A stretch of DNA of 64,000 nt from an uncultured Flavobacteriales bacterium (GCA_964435285.1 CAYSYA010000002.1:129135-193134); one strand, 5' to 3'. Positions 8,510-19,172 are shown, counted from the first letter of the stretch. Made by a program: numbers and translations. The notes: a model not told the origin generated them from the letters alone.

Positions 8510-9987
8510 ATAAATTTTTTGAGTTAGGTAAAAATTTAAATTTAGATGAAATTTCTAAGCTTTTATTTGAAAACAAAAAAATAAGATTATCTAAAAAAAC
8601 AGAAAATAAAATATCTAAATCTCGATATTTTCTAGAAAAAAAAATTACAGCTTCATCTGAAAAAATATATGGAGTTAACACTGGATTTGGTTCATTATGT
8701 GATACTCAAATAGATAAAAAAGATATTAAGGTTTTACAAGAAAATTTAATTCTTTCTCACTCATGTGGAACTGGAAAGGTAATTCCTAAAGAAATAGCAA
8801 AGTTAATTTTATTATTAAAGATTAATTCTTTGTGTTTGGGCTATTCTGGAGTCAGATTAAGTTTAGTTAAGCAATTAATATCTTTTTACAATAAAGATTT
8901 AATACCAGTAATTTACGAACAAGGTTCATTAGGTGCTTCCGGAGACTTAGCTCCGTTAGCACATATGTCATTACCGCTAATTGGAAAAGGTGAGTTTTAT
9001 TATAAAAACAGTATTAGAAAATCAAAAAAAATACTAAAAAATCAAGGATTAGAAACCTATAAATTATCTTATAAAGAAGGATTAGCTTTAATTAATGGAA
9101 CACAATTTATGTTATCATATGCTATTTGGGGATTTTTAAAAAGTATAAAACTAAATAAGTTTTCTGATTTAATAGCATCTGTATCCTTAGAAGCTTATTC
9201 TTGCAGAATAGATCCATTTTCAAAATTAATATCCTCTGTCAGGCCACATCAAGGTCAAATCGATACAACAAAGAATATTTTAAATAATTTAAGAGGAAGT
9301 AAAGGAATTTTTTTTAACGACGATTTTGTTCAGGACCCTTATTCTTTCAGATGCATTCCTCAAGTTCATGGTGCATCTAAAGATGTATTAAATTATTTTA
9401 AAAAAATTATTGAAATTGAAGTTAACTCAGTAACTGACAATCCTATTGTTTTTGAAAAAGATGAGAAAATAATCTCTGGTGGTAATTTTCATGGTCAACC
9501 ATTAGCAATGGGTATGGATTATTTAGCAATCTCTTTGAGTGAACTAGGAAATATTTCTGAGAGAAGAGTTTTTAACTTAATTTCTGGAGAAAGAGGCCTT
9601 CCTAAATACTTAATTAAAAATTCAGGACTTAATTCCGGTTTTATGATTACTCAATATACATCTGCCTCTATTGTTAGTCAAAATAAACAGTTGTGTACTC
9701 CTGCCTCTGTTGATAGTATTGTATCTTCAAATGGTCAAGAAGACCATGTTAGTATGGGTGCAAATTCTGCTTTAAAGCTATATAGAGTAGTAAACAATTT
9801 GACTACAATTTTGTCAATTGAATTAATGAATGCAACTCAAGCTTTTCAAATAATAAATAAAAAAAGTTCTAAAAAGATTCATTCTCTAATTAAGGAATAT
9901 AGAAAAGTAGTTCCATTTATTGAAAAAGATACAGATTTGTATAAGTACATATCAAAAGGGGAGGATTTTATTATCAATAAGATTTAG
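8506..9987 (+). CDS. hutH: Histidine ammonia-lyase
   Basis: YGVNTGFG, GSLGASGDLAPL (ASG MIO), KEGLALING, QDPYSFRCIPQVHG, GGNFHGQP, QEDHVSMG. Confidence 0.95.
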   Translation: MNKFFELGKNLNLDEISKLLFENKKIRLSKKTENKISKSRYFLEKKITASSEKIYGVNTGFGSLCDTQIDKKDIKVLQENLILSHSCGTGKVIPKEIAKLILLLKINSLCLGYSGVRLSLVKQLISFYNKDLIPVIYEQGSLGASGDLAPLAHMSLPLIGKGEFYYKNSIRKSKKILKNQGLETYKLSYKEGLALINGTQFMLSYAIWGFLKSIKLNKFSDLIASVSLEAYSCRIDPFSKLISSVRPHQGQIDTTKNILNNLRGSKGIFFNDDFVQDPYSFRCIPQVHGASKDVLNYFKKIIEIEVNSVTDNPIVFEKDEKIISGGNFHGQPLAMGMDYLAISLSELGNISERRVFNLISGERGLPKYLIKNSGLNSGFMITQYTSASIVSQNKQLCTPASVDSIVSSNGQEDHVSMGANSALKLYRVVNNLTTILSIELMNATQAFQIINKKSSKKIHSLIKEYRKVVPFIEKDTDLYKYISKGEDFIINKI

Positions 9988-9993
9988 ATTATC

Positions 9994-11007
9994 TTATTTA
10001 ATAATATTTCCAATTAGTATTTTTAGCACTGCATATGTAGGAATTGCTAATAACATCCAAACAATTCCTCCTAACATTCCAGCTGATAAAACTATAGTAA
10101 ATATTTCTAATGGATGAATATTTAAAATTTTGGAAAAAATCAAAGGTTGGAAAATGAAATTGTCAGATGTTTGTATAATACTAAAAAGGATTAAGGTTTT
10201 TAATAATAGAGCTGGAACAATATCAATATTTTGAGTAGTAGTAATTATAATGATTGCTGCAAAAGAAAAACCAATAATTGGTCCTATGTAAGGAATTAAA
10301 TTAATAATTGCAGCAAAAAGAGCGATTATCCAAGCATGTTCTATATTTAAAAATCCCATTCCAATTCCATAACAAGTAAATAGAACTGACAACTGAGTAA
10401 TGAGACCTATAAAATACCTTCGTAAATAATATGTAATTTCAATTAATTTTTTATCAGTATTTTTTGTGTATTTAGAAATAAATTTCGAAAAATTATTTTT
10501 TATTAATTCAGCATCTTTCAGTAAAAAAAAAGTAATAAAACAAATTGAAAAAGTAGCCATAAAAATATTTCCTAACAGGCTAAAAGTTTTTGCGAATATA
10601 CTTGTAAATGAGGTGAAATTGATGAGAGAAAAAAGTTCTTCACTTTTTATGTTTCCATTAATATTAAAATTTTTTAAAAAACCATTAAAATCTGAAATAC
10701 TATCATCCATATATTTTTGAAAACCTTTGTAATCAATTTTACTAATTGTTTCAATTTCATCTATAATTAAAGGATATCCAATAAACCCAATTACAAAAAT
10801 TATAAGAAACACAATTAAAAGACATATTAGTGAAGAAAAAACTTTATTAATTCTTTTTTTTTGTAAGTTGTTTTTAAGGGGGGTTAGGACAATTGCTAAA
10901 ATAATTGATATGAATAAGTAGGCAAATAAAATACTTAGTTTCCAAAAAAGAAAAATAAATAGCAGGACTAATATTACACCTATAAAATTAGCAGAAATGT
11001 TTTTCAT
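9994..11007 (-). CDS. AI-2E family transporter
   Basis: Membrane protein with NLIPYIGP, DN...QPLI, IHPLEI, GIVWMLLAIP. Confidence 0.88.
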   Translation of the reverse strand: MKNISANFIGVILVLLFIFLFWKLSILFAYLFISIILAIVLTPLKNNLQKKRINKVFSSLICLLIVFLIIFVIGFIGYPLIIDEIETISKIDYKGFQKYMDDSISDFNGFLKNFNINGNIKSEELFSLINFTSFTSIFAKTFSLLGNIFMATFSICFITFFLLKDAELIKNNFSKFISKYTKNTDKKLIEITYYLRRYFIGLITQLSVLFTCYGIGMGFLNIEHAWIIALFAAIINLIPYIGPIIGFSFAAIIIITTTQNIDIVPALLLKTLILFSIIQTSDNFIFQPLIFSKILNIHPLEIFTIVLSAGMLGGIVWMLLAIPTYAVLKILIGNIIK

Positions 11008-11016
11008 AAATCAAAT

Positions 11017-11676
11017 TTAGTTATAAGTCATTACATATTCTATTATATTAGCTCCCATTTTTAATGCTTGCTCTCTTTTTTCAAACGAGTTTTGGTGAAC
11101 ATTAGCATCTTCCCAACCATCACCTAGATCACACTCATATGTATATAGACAGATGAGTCGCCCTTGTTTAATTAATCCAAAGGCTTGTGAATTTTTATTA
11201 TCATGAGCATGTATCTTGGGTAAACCATTTTTAAATTTATATTTCATATTATAAATTTTATGATTTTTAGTTATTTCTATAAAATCTAGTTCAGGAAAAA
11301 CTTTTTTCATTTCAGACCTGACGTAAATATCCATTCCATAATTATCATCAATGTGAAGAAAACCACCACCAAGTAAATAATTTCGTAGATTTTTAGATTC
11401 AAATTCATTAAAATAGACATTTCCATGGCCTGTCATATAAATAAAAGGGTAGTTGTATATTTCCGTACTTCCCACTTCTACAATTGCATATTCAGGATTT
11501 ATATTTGTATTTAAATTTTCATTACAAAATATAGCTAAATTTTTGAGAGAAGAGGGATTAGAGTACCAATCTCCCCCTCCTTGATATTTCAATACAGCTA
11601 GTTGATAGTTATTTTTCTTTAAATAAACAAAGCTGTTAAATAGCAATAGTATTAAAATAAAGTATATTCTATTCAT
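11017..11676 (-). CDS. DUF4159 domain protein
   Basis: LKYQGGGDWYSNP, YPFIYMTGHG, GGFLHIDDNYG, YECDLGDGWED. Confidence 0.85.
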   Translation of the reverse strand: MNRIYFILILLLFNSFVYLKKNNYQLAVLKYQGGGDWYSNPSSLKNLAIFCNENLNTNINPEYAIVEVGSTEIYNYPFIYMTGHGNVYFNEFESKNLRNYLLGGGFLHIDDNYGMDIYVRSEMKKVFPELDFIEITKNHKIYNMKYKFKNGLPKIHAHDNKNSQAFGLIKQGRLICLYTYECDLGDGWEDANVHQNSFEKREQALKMGANIIEYVMTYN

Positions 11677-12358
11677 TTTCTGAAATTAAAGTGTAACATG
11701 CGACAATTGCTGCAGTATCTGTTCTTAATCTATTTTTACTTAACGAGACAGACAAAAACTTTGCATCGTTAGCCATTTTGATTTCTTTTTTTGAAAAATC
11801 TCCTTCAGGACCTATAACAATACATGCATTATTATATTTTAGTTTTTTTATAGTTTTTTTATCAGAGTCTTCTTTGCAATGAGCGATAAATTTGTGTTTA
11901 AATTTATTTGTTTTTACAAATTTTGAAAAATCAATCATCTCACAAATTTCAGGTTTGAAAGTTCTTAATGATTGTTTCATTGAAGAAGTTGCTATTTTTT
12001 TAATTCTATCAATATTGATTTTTGTTCTTTCAGATTTTTCACAAATTATTGGAGTTATTATATCAACTCCAATTTCAGTTGCTTTTTCAATAATCCACTC
12101 AACTCTATTTCTTTGTTTAGGAAAAGAAATAGCTAGTTCAACCTTTTTTTTTCTTAATTCTTGATGAGATTTAATTATTTTAATATCAACTTTTTCTGTT
12201 TTAATTTTTTGAATTTCACATTCATATAAAAAACCATTTCCGTCCGTAATAAAAATTATATCATTTTTCTTTTTTCTAAGAACTTGGGAGCAATGTTTAC
12301 TTTCTTCTTTATTTAAGTAAAGTGTAGAAGCTATATCTTTTGAGTAAAATAATTGCAT
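11669..12358 (-). CDS. rsmE: 16S rRNA m3U1498 methyltransferase
   Basis: HCSQVLR, IEKATEIGV, IGPEGDFS, LSKNRLRTDTA. Confidence 0.92.
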   Translation of the reverse strand: MQLFYSKDIASTLYLNKEESKHCSQVLRKKKNDIIFITDGNGFLYECEIQKIKTEKVDIKIIKSHQELRKKKVELAISFPKQRNRVEWIIEKATEIGVDIITPIICEKSERTKINIDRIKKIATSSMKQSLRTFKPEICEMIDFSKFVKTNKFKHKFIAHCKEDSDKKTIKKLKYNNACIVIGPEGDFSKKEIKMANDAKFLSVSLSKNRLRTDTAAIVACYTLISENE

Positions 12359-12364
12359 TCAAAT

Positions 12365-13942
12365 TTAATTTTTGAATATTGGACCACCTAATATTATATT
12401 ATCATTAGAGTGTTTATTGAACTTTTTAAAATTATTATTAAATAAAATAGCTAATTTTTGGGCTTGTTTTTTATAATTTTCTTTATTATCCCATGTTTTC
12501 CAGGGTTGTAAAATCTCATCTGGAACATTAGTACAAGATTTTGGTATTTTTAAGCCAAAAATTTCGTCAGTTATATATTCTTGTGTGTTCAAATCGTTAT
12601 TTAATGCAGCATCAATTATTGCTCTAGTATGATTTAATTTAATTCTATATCCCAAACCATACGGGCCAGAAATCCAACCTGTATTAATTAACCATACATT
12701 AACATTATTTTCTTTAATTTTTTTTGAAAGCATTTTAGCGTATATAGTTGGATGTAATGGCATAAAAGGTGCGCCGAAACAAGAAGAAAATGTAGCTTCT
12801 GGTTCTGTTACACCATCTTCAGTACCGGCAACTTTTGCAGTATATCCAGAAATGAAATGAAACATGGCTTGATTAGGATCTAACTTTGAAACTGGGGGAA
12901 GAACACCAAAGGCATCAGCTGTTAAAAAAAATATATTTTTTGGAGCTTCTCCTAATGATGGAAAAGCAATATTTTTTATATAGTGAATAGGGTAACTAAC
13001 TCTGGTATTTTCAGTTTTTGAGCTGTCATTAAAATTAATTTCATTTGTTCCTTCTTTGAAACAAATGTTTTCAAGAAGAGCTCCACTTTTTATAGCAGAA
13101 TATATATCAGGTTCTTTTTCACGTGATAAATCAATACATTTTGCATAACAACCTCCTTCAAAATTGAAAATTGAGTTTTCGTCCCAACCATGTTCATCAT
13201 CTCCAATTAATTTTCTTTTTCTATGTGCAGATAAGGTGGTTTTTCCAGTTCCAGAGAGACCAAAAAATAATGCAGTATCATTATTTTTACCAATATTGGC
13301 TGAGCAGTGCATGGATAATACATTTTTTTTAGTAGGTAATAAAAAATTTAAAACAGAAAATATTCCTTTTTTTATTTCTCCTGTATAGGCTGTGCCACCA
13401 ATAATTATTTCTTTATTTTGAAAGCTTATAATAGCAAAGTTTTCTTTTCTTGTGTTGTCTTTATTTGGATTTGCTTTAAAGGTTGGTGCACAAATTATAG
13501 TCCAGTCAGTTTTAAAATCTTTATCCTCTTTATCAACTCTTAAGAACATATTGTACGCAAACAAACTAGCCCATGCAGTTTCAGAAATTACAGTAATATT
13601 TAGTTTATATTTTTGATTTGCGCAAGCAAAACAATTTCTTGCGTAGATTTCTTTTTTTGAGTTTAAATGCTGTAAAATTTTATTTTTTAAATTAATAAAA
13701 TTTTCTTCACTGAAAGGTTGGTTTATGTCTCCCCACCAAACTTTATCCTTTGTCTCACTATCTTTTACAATATACCTGTCTTTTGGAGCTCTTCCGGTAA
13801 ACTTACCAGTATCAACTGTTATGGCTTCTAGATTTGTTTTTTTTGCACTACCTTCTAGAAGGCAAATTTTTTCTATTTCACTAGGGGATAAATTCCACTT
13901 AACATCTGTATTTATGTTAAGTTTGTTTAAAATAGCTGTCAT
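12365..13942 (-). CDS. pckA: Phosphoenolpyruvate carboxykinase (ATP)
   Basis: TGRAPKDRY, YTGEIKKG, MHCSAN, FFGLSGTGKTTLS, LIGDDEHGW, NFEGGCYAK, ENTRVSYP. Confidence 0.97.
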   Translation of the reverse strand: MTAILNKLNINTDVKWNLSPSEIEKICLLEGSAKKTNLEAITVDTGKFTGRAPKDRYIVKDSETKDKVWWGDINQPFSEENFINLKNKILQHLNSKKEIYARNCFACANQKYKLNITVISETAWASLFAYNMFLRVDKEDKDFKTDWTIICAPTFKANPNKDNTRKENFAIISFQNKEIIIGGTAYTGEIKKGIFSVLNFLLPTKKNVLSMHCSANIGKNNDTALFFGLSGTGKTTLSAHRKRKLIGDDEHGWDENSIFNFEGGCYAKCIDLSREKEPDIYSAIKSGALLENICFKEGTNEINFNDSSKTENTRVSYPIHYIKNIAFPSLGEAPKNIFFLTADAFGVLPPVSKLDPNQAMFHFISGYTAKVAGTEDGVTEPEATFSSCFGAPFMPLHPTIYAKMLSKKIKENNVNVWLINTGWISGPYGLGYRIKLNHTRAIIDAALNNDLNTQEYITDEIFGLKIPKSCTNVPDEILQPWKTWDNKENYKKQAQKLAILFNNNFKKFNKHSNDNIILGGPIFKN

Positions 13943-14059
13943 TTGTTTTTTTTATATTAAAAAATTAATTGATTTTAATCAATATTTAATACTTACATGG
14001 TAGCTAAATTATAATAAATATTTAGTTAGTTTATTAAAAAAAATATTATTTTTCAGAAA

Positions 14060-15328
14060 ATGAAAAACATTCTTGTTATAGGTACCGGTAGATCATCAAG
14101 TGTTTTGATTGAATATTTATTAAATTACTCTCAATCAAACAATTATTTTGTTACCGTATTAGATCAATTTGAAAATGATTTTTTAAGACAATTTCAAACT
14201 TTCTCTAATTTTAAAAGTCTAATTTTTGATATTCATAATGAAAAATTAAGACACAAAGAAGTAAAAAAATCTGAATTAATTATCTCAATGTTACCCGCAA
14301 GATTTCATACCTTAATTGCTAAGGATTGTTTGTTTTACAAAAAAAATCTTATTACCGCTTCTTACGTTTCTGAAGAGATGAATTCTTTTAATAATGATGC
14401 TATTAAACAAGGTATATTAATGCTAAATGAAATTGGTTTAGATCCTGGAATTGATCATTTATCTGCTATGAGTATTATTGATTCATTAAAAAGTAAAAAT
14501 TATAATATAATTTCATTTAAATCATTTTGTGGTGGATTAATAGCACCTGAGTCATGTGATAATCCATGGGGATACAAATTTACTTGGAATCCTAGAAATG
14601 TTGTTTTAGCCGGATGTGATGGTGCTAAATATTTAAAAAATGGAAATATCAAAGAAATACAATACGATCAAGTCTTTAAAAATTTAGAAACAGTAACAAT
14701 TCCTAATTTTGGAGATTTTGAATCTTATCCAAATAGAAATTCTTTGCATTATATAGAAAAATATAATTTAGAGGGTATTCAAACTTTAGTTAGAGGAACT
14801 ATGAGAAAAAAAGGTTTTTCTTCTGCATGGGACTTTCTAGTGGAGAATGACTTAACCAATTATGAAGAATCTGAAAAAATGTTTTCCAAAAATAATTTTG
14901 TAAAAAAATTAAATAAAATTGACGATAAATTTATTTTAGAAAAAATAAACTATTTAGACATCAACCAATCAGATTTTTTAAAAGAAAATTCTAATGGTAA
15001 AAATTTACAAAACATTTTAGAAAAAAAATGGAAACTAAAAGATAATGATAAAGATATGATTGTAATGCAGCATAAATTTGAATTTGAATCTGATATGAAC
15101 AAGAAGAGACTCTTGAGCTCAATGGTAGTCATTGGTACTGACAATATCAGAACTGCAATGGCAAAAACTGTTGGTTTGCCGATATTTTTTGCTGCTAAGT
15201 TAATTTTAGAGCGTAAAACTTCAATGAAAGGAGTTAGAATTCCTATTTATAAAGAGCTCTATATTCCTATACTGAAATCTTTGGAAGAAGAAGGTATTAA
15301 TTTTATAGAAACAATTGAGGAAATTTAA
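14060..15328 (+). CDS. Saccharopine dehydrogenase (saccharopine reductase / Lys9-like)
   Basis: Rossmann GTGRSS, NEIGLDPGIDHL, SFCGGL, KFTWNPRNVV, YPNRNS, AMAKTVG. Confidence 0.88.
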   Translation: MKNILVIGTGRSSSVLIEYLLNYSQSNNYFVTVLDQFENDFLRQFQTFSNFKSLIFDIHNEKLRHKEVKKSELIISMLPARFHTLIAKDCLFYKKNLITASYVSEEMNSFNNDAIKQGILMLNEIGLDPGIDHLSAMSIIDSLKSKNYNIISFKSFCGGLIAPESCDNPWGYKFTWNPRNVVLAGCDGAKYLKNGNIKEIQYDQVFKNLETVTIPNFGDFESYPNRNSLHYIEKYNLEGIQTLVRGTMRKKGFSSAWDFLVENDLTNYEESEKMFSKNNFVKKLNKIDDKFILEKINYLDINQSDFLKENSNGKNLQNILEKKWKLKDNDKDMIVMQHKFEFESDMNKKRLLSSMVVIGTDNIRTAMAKTVGLPIFFAAKLILERKTSMKGVRIPIYKELYIPILKSLEEEGINFIETIEEI

Positions 15329-15333
15329 GTTAT

Positions 15334-17451
15334 TTAGTTTGTATTAGGCAAAAAAGAATAATCTCTAGCATATTCCATCATTTGTGTCTCAAAATCATCA
15401 GGATATTCTATTTTAACATCAATTATCTCATTATCTTCAATTACTAAACTATACTTAGGATTAATAAACCCACCATAAGGAGCACTATTAAACTTTTTAG
15501 ATCTATTCAATACTTCTTCGTGAATCTTTCTATCAACTTGAACTCCATAATTTTCAACTAATTTTTTTCCAGCTTCAAAATCTCCTTCAGATGTGATTCT
15601 TTGAATTTCTCTCAACAATTGACCAAAAATATTTTGTAATTCTTTGTAATCATTTATTATAAAAAAAGTTTTTCCATCTTTAGTTTTCTTTTCAATTACA
15701 TTATTTTGTTGACCTTTTTTATAAGCCCATGCTGCTACTAGCTGTCTATTCCTCATGTGGTCTTGTTCAATATTATCTCCTAGTTCTATTCTTCTCAATT
15801 GAAGCATTAAACCATTTCTGATATATGAATCATAATGAGCTTTACCGCACTCCATAGATTCCATTAAACCAATTTCAATGAGTTTGTTATTCATCATGTA
15901 GTACAAACCAACTAAATCAGCTCTTGCTTCTTCAAGTGTTGATTTATAGTTTTTTAAGGTTTCTTTAGGTGTTCCAACACCTTCATTTATTTTTCCAGAT
16001 GCGTGACCGACTACTTCATGAAGTAATGTTCCTAATTTACTTGCTTTATTACCATATTTTTTTGCTCTTTCCATTTCTTCATCAGTATAACAAAATTCTT
16101 GCAAAAAACCACCTCCTGAGGCAGCTTCGCTATAAGCAGAAATAATATTACCCAAGCTTACTGATTTTGATCCTTTTTCAGTTCTAATCCAATTATTATT
16201 TGGTAAGTTAACTCCAATTGGGGTTGAAGGAGATGCATCTCCAGATTCCATAGCTACTGAAACTACTTTGTAACTTACCCCAACTACATTTTCTTTTTTA
16301 TGTTCATCCATAATACTCGAGTTATCTTCAAACCACTGAACATATTCATTAATTACCTCTGTTGTTTTAGATGCTTCCAAATCTTTAATTTGAACAATTG
16401 ATTCATAAGCTCCTTTTCTTCCAGCAGCATCGCCGTAAACTTCTACAAAACCATTGATCCAATCAATGTCAGTTTGATTATTAACCCATTGTACGCAATA
16501 CTCATCCCATTTGTAGATATCTCCTGTTTTGTAATATTCTATTAAAAGATCAAACGATTTTTTTTGATCTTCATTTTCAGCTACAGATTTAGCTTTCTCA
16601 ATCCAAAAGATCATTTTGTTTAAAGCTTCTCCATACATTCCATCAACTTTATATGTTTTCTCAAAAACTTTACCATTTTCTTTGACTAATTGAGAATTTA
16701 GTCCATATTCAGGTGCTCTTTCTTCAAATTCTTTTTGATAAAATAAACTAACATCAATCTCTGAAACATTGGGACCATAATAATTATTAGCAGATTCTAG
16801 AATAATATCCACACCCTCATCACGATTAACTCTTTTGAGGTCTGTTTTGTCATCAAAAATTATATTACTAACAAATTGAAATAATTCAGATTTAGTTTCT
16901 CCATTATCTAATGGAAAAGAATAATCATCAGATGAGTTTGTGTTTGAAATTAAGTTGTTAAGAAATTCAGAGGAAAAACCAGGTTGTAATTTTGCGCTGG
17001 AGTAGTGATGATGAATTCCTCCAGAAAACCAAAAACGTTTTACATATATCATAAATTCTTTGAATTCTTTGGAATTTCTATTACCATCATAATTAGCAAC
17101 TATTGTCTCTAAAGTTCTCCTAATTTTTAAATTATGTCTGTAATTTTGGTCAAAAATTATATCTCTACCACTCAAAGATGCTTGAGATAGATAATAAATT
17201 AATTTTTTTTGTCTTAAATCAAGTTCTTCAAATCCTGGAACTCTGTATCTTATCATTTTTAGATCAGCAAATTGTTCTGTTTGATATATAAATTCATCTT
17301 TATCAATAGCATTGGAGGTATTTTGTTTTGGAAATAATATATATTTTCCGTCATTAAGCATAAGAAAAATAACTCCAAAAATTGTTAAAAAAATAATTCC
17401 TTTTAAAATATTTGTTTTTATATTATTTGTTTTATCAGTTGATTGCTCCAT
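15334..17451 (-). CDS. Dipeptidyl-peptidase III (peptidase M49), N-terminally membrane anchored
   Basis: HEVVGH zinc motif, EEARADL, GVNLPNNNWIR, IEQDHMRNR; hydrophobic anchor near the N terminus. Confidence 0.92.
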   Translation of the reverse strand: MEQSTDKTNNIKTNILKGIIFLTIFGVIFLMLNDGKYILFPKQNTSNAIDKDEFIYQTEQFADLKMIRYRVPGFEELDLRQKKLIYYLSQASLSGRDIIFDQNYRHNLKIRRTLETIVANYDGNRNSKEFKEFMIYVKRFWFSGGIHHHYSSAKLQPGFSSEFLNNLISNTNSSDDYSFPLDNGETKSELFQFVSNIIFDDKTDLKRVNRDEGVDIILESANNYYGPNVSEIDVSLFYQKEFEERAPEYGLNSQLVKENGKVFEKTYKVDGMYGEALNKMIFWIEKAKSVAENEDQKKSFDLLIEYYKTGDIYKWDEYCVQWVNNQTDIDWINGFVEVYGDAAGRKGAYESIVQIKDLEASKTTEVINEYVQWFEDNSSIMDEHKKENVVGVSYKVVSVAMESGDASPSTPIGVNLPNNNWIRTEKGSKSVSLGNIISAYSEAASGGGFLQEFCYTDEEMERAKKYGNKASKLGTLLHEVVGHASGKINEGVGTPKETLKNYKSTLEEARADLVGLYYMMNNKLIEIGLMESMECGKAHYDSYIRNGLMLQLRRIELGDNIEQDHMRNRQLVAAWAYKKGQQNNVIEKKTKDGKTFFIINDYKELQNIFGQLLREIQRITSEGDFEAGKKLVENYGVQVDRKIHEEVLNRSKKFNSAPYGGFINPKYSLVIEDNEIIDVKIEYPDDFETQMMEYARDYSFLPNTN

Positions 17452-18568
17452 TTTTTTCTTTTTTATTTGTAATTAAATTAACTTTTCTATCCTTTAAATA
17501 ATTAATTATATAGTCATAATTTATTTTATTTTTTCCAATAATTTCAAGAGGAATAATTCCTTTTTCATTAAAATTTTTTTCTATTATTATATTTGCACAA
17601 GCTGTACAAGTGTAACCTGTTGTTCTAGACATAGAAGATAAATTCAAACTAGTATCATATTCATCAAATAAGTCAATTGTATAAATATTTTTTGAATCAT
17701 GAATTTCAATTTTCATTACAGTAAACTCTAAGTCATTTTCTTCTAGAAACCAGTCTTTTTTAAGAATTTCAGTAGTAATGTCTATTGGTTTTATTTTTTT
17801 ACCATTTATATTAATTTCTTCATTATTAAAAAAGCCACCTTCTTTCAAAGTAAGAATTTTTTTTGCATGACCTTTATATCTCAGTGTTTTTTCTTTCATA
17901 TTCGGTATATGATTCATCGTAAATAAAAGAGTTCGAAGTCCATCTGTATTAAATGCTTCTAAATCACCTATTTTTTCAAAATTTAATATTTCTATTTCTG
18001 TTAATGGATCTTTTGTTACAATTTTATAATTTTCATATAGCCTTGCTGGTCTTGTATATTCTTCAATCACATCAATTGGAGAGAATGGTGCCTTATATTC
18101 GAACGGAGGTTTTTTAATGATTGGAAGTCCACCAACATAACAGGCGTAGTAAGATAAGTTATATATTGAATTATAGTAACCTAATATTAAATTACTTAAT
18201 CCAGGTGCAACTCCAGCATCAACAATTGCTGTAATTTCTTTTTTCTTGGCTAGTTCAGATAATTCTAATGCATCTTCAGGAAAAAAAGATATATCCACAA
18301 CATTTTTTCCTTCCTCAATTATAGTTTGAAGTGTTTTGAAGCCCATAAACCCAGGAACACAACTAATAATTAGATCGAATTTATTAATTAATTTTCTTAA
18401 ATCTGTTAAATTAGAAAGATCCATTTTAACGGTGTTAATATTACATCCTTTTACTTTATTTAAATTATTTTCAGAAATATCTGCTACAGTTACACTGTTT
18501 TTATTAGCTAAGTCTAAGCAAATTGTTCTTCCAACACGACCACAACCCAGGACTAGAATATTTTTCAT
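17435..18568 (-). CDS. Saccharopine dehydrogenase-family oxidoreductase, lysine 6-dehydrogenase-like
   Basis: GCGRVG, DAGVAPGLSN, YVGGLP, YKAPFSPIDVIEEY, EAFNTDGLRTL, SMSRTTG. Confidence 0.8.
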   Translation of the reverse strand: MKNILVLGCGRVGRTICLDLANKNSVTVADISENNLNKVKGCNINTVKMDLSNLTDLRKLINKFDLIISCVPGFMGFKTLQTIIEEGKNVVDISFFPEDALELSELAKKKEITAIVDAGVAPGLSNLILGYYNSIYNLSYYACYVGGLPIIKKPPFEYKAPFSPIDVIEEYTRPARLYENYKIVTKDPLTEIEILNFEKIGDLEAFNTDGLRTLLFTMNHIPNMKEKTLRYKGHAKKILTLKEGGFFNNEEININGKKIKPIDITTEILKKDWFLEENDLEFTVMKIEIHDSKNIYTIDLFDEYDTSLNLSSMSRTTGYTCTACANIIIEKNFNEKGIIPLEIIGKNKINYDYIINYLKDRKVNLITNKKEKNGAIN

Positions 18569-19089
18569 GAGTTAATATATGTAAATTTCTTTTTCGTAAT
18601 TATTTCATATAATCCAAAAAGGGTAAAACAAAAAAATAAATCTCCAAATAAACTATTAAAGAAAAAAGGAATTGCTTGAGTGTAACATTTAATAAGTCCA
18701 TTTAAGTTAGGAGGACAATAATATATTCCATCAGCGGGTGAAGAGAAAATCCAAACAAAAAAATTAGTGAAAAGAAAAAAAATAAAACTAGCAGTAAGAG
18801 ATGTTTTAAATAAAGAAGAATATGATAATTTTTTTCTTAAAATAATTCCCATAGGAACAATTATTAAAAAAGAAAAGTAGACTATAACTGACATTTTGTA
18901 ACCCAAAATAATATCGGATATAAACATTGCCATAAAAGGGATAATAAAGGCTAAATATTTTTTTCCAAAGTATAATCCTCCAAGTATTGACATTGCCCCA
19001 ACAGGTGTAAAATTTGGTGGATGAGGAATTATTCTAGAAAAAGCACCAATCAAAATAATTAGTACAATTAATAATGTTTTGTTCTTCAT
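18565..19089 (-). CDS. DUF6580-type small membrane protein (ECF S-component-like transporter candidate)
   Basis: 174 aa, about 6 TM; RIIPHPPNFTPVGA, NFFVW, GLIKCYTQAIPFF.NSLFGD. Confidence 0.72.
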   Translation of the reverse strand: MKNKTLLIVLIILIGAFSRIIPHPPNFTPVGAMSILGGLYFGKKYLAFIIPFMAMFISDIILGYKMSVIVYFSFLIIVPMGIILRKKLSYSSLFKTSLTASFIFFLFTNFFVWIFSSPADGIYYCPPNLNGLIKCYTQAIPFFFNSLFGDLFFCFTLFGLYEIITKKKFTYINS

Positions 19090-19093
19090 GTAT

Positions 19094-19101
19094 CAAATTT
19101 A
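19094..19101 (-). promoter_or_regulatory. -7 promoter element (TAAATTTG), 4 nt upstream of ATG 19089
   Basis: Exact TAnnTTTG match in a divergent intergenic region. Confidence 0.5.
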
Positions 19102-19147
19102 TAAAATTTATTATCAAATGTTAAAAATAATATGATTTAATAAATTG

Positions 19148-19155
19148 TATATTTG
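19148..19155 (+). promoter_or_regulatory. -7 promoter element (TATATTTG) for the lysyl-oxidase gene
   Basis: Exact TAnnTTTG match 17 nt before ATG 19173. Confidence 0.55.
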
Positions 19156-19172
19156 TATAAAATCATCCAGTC

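Noticed and set aside
11669-11740. RsmE motif variant RLRTDTA (Asp for the usual Glu)
   Set aside because: Single conservative change; the rest of the SPOUT motifs are intact.
19090-19172. Cobalamin riboswitch upstream of the DUF6580 gene
   Set aside because: Spacer is only 83 nt, almost all A/T and filled by two promoter elements; no B12-box or GC stems.
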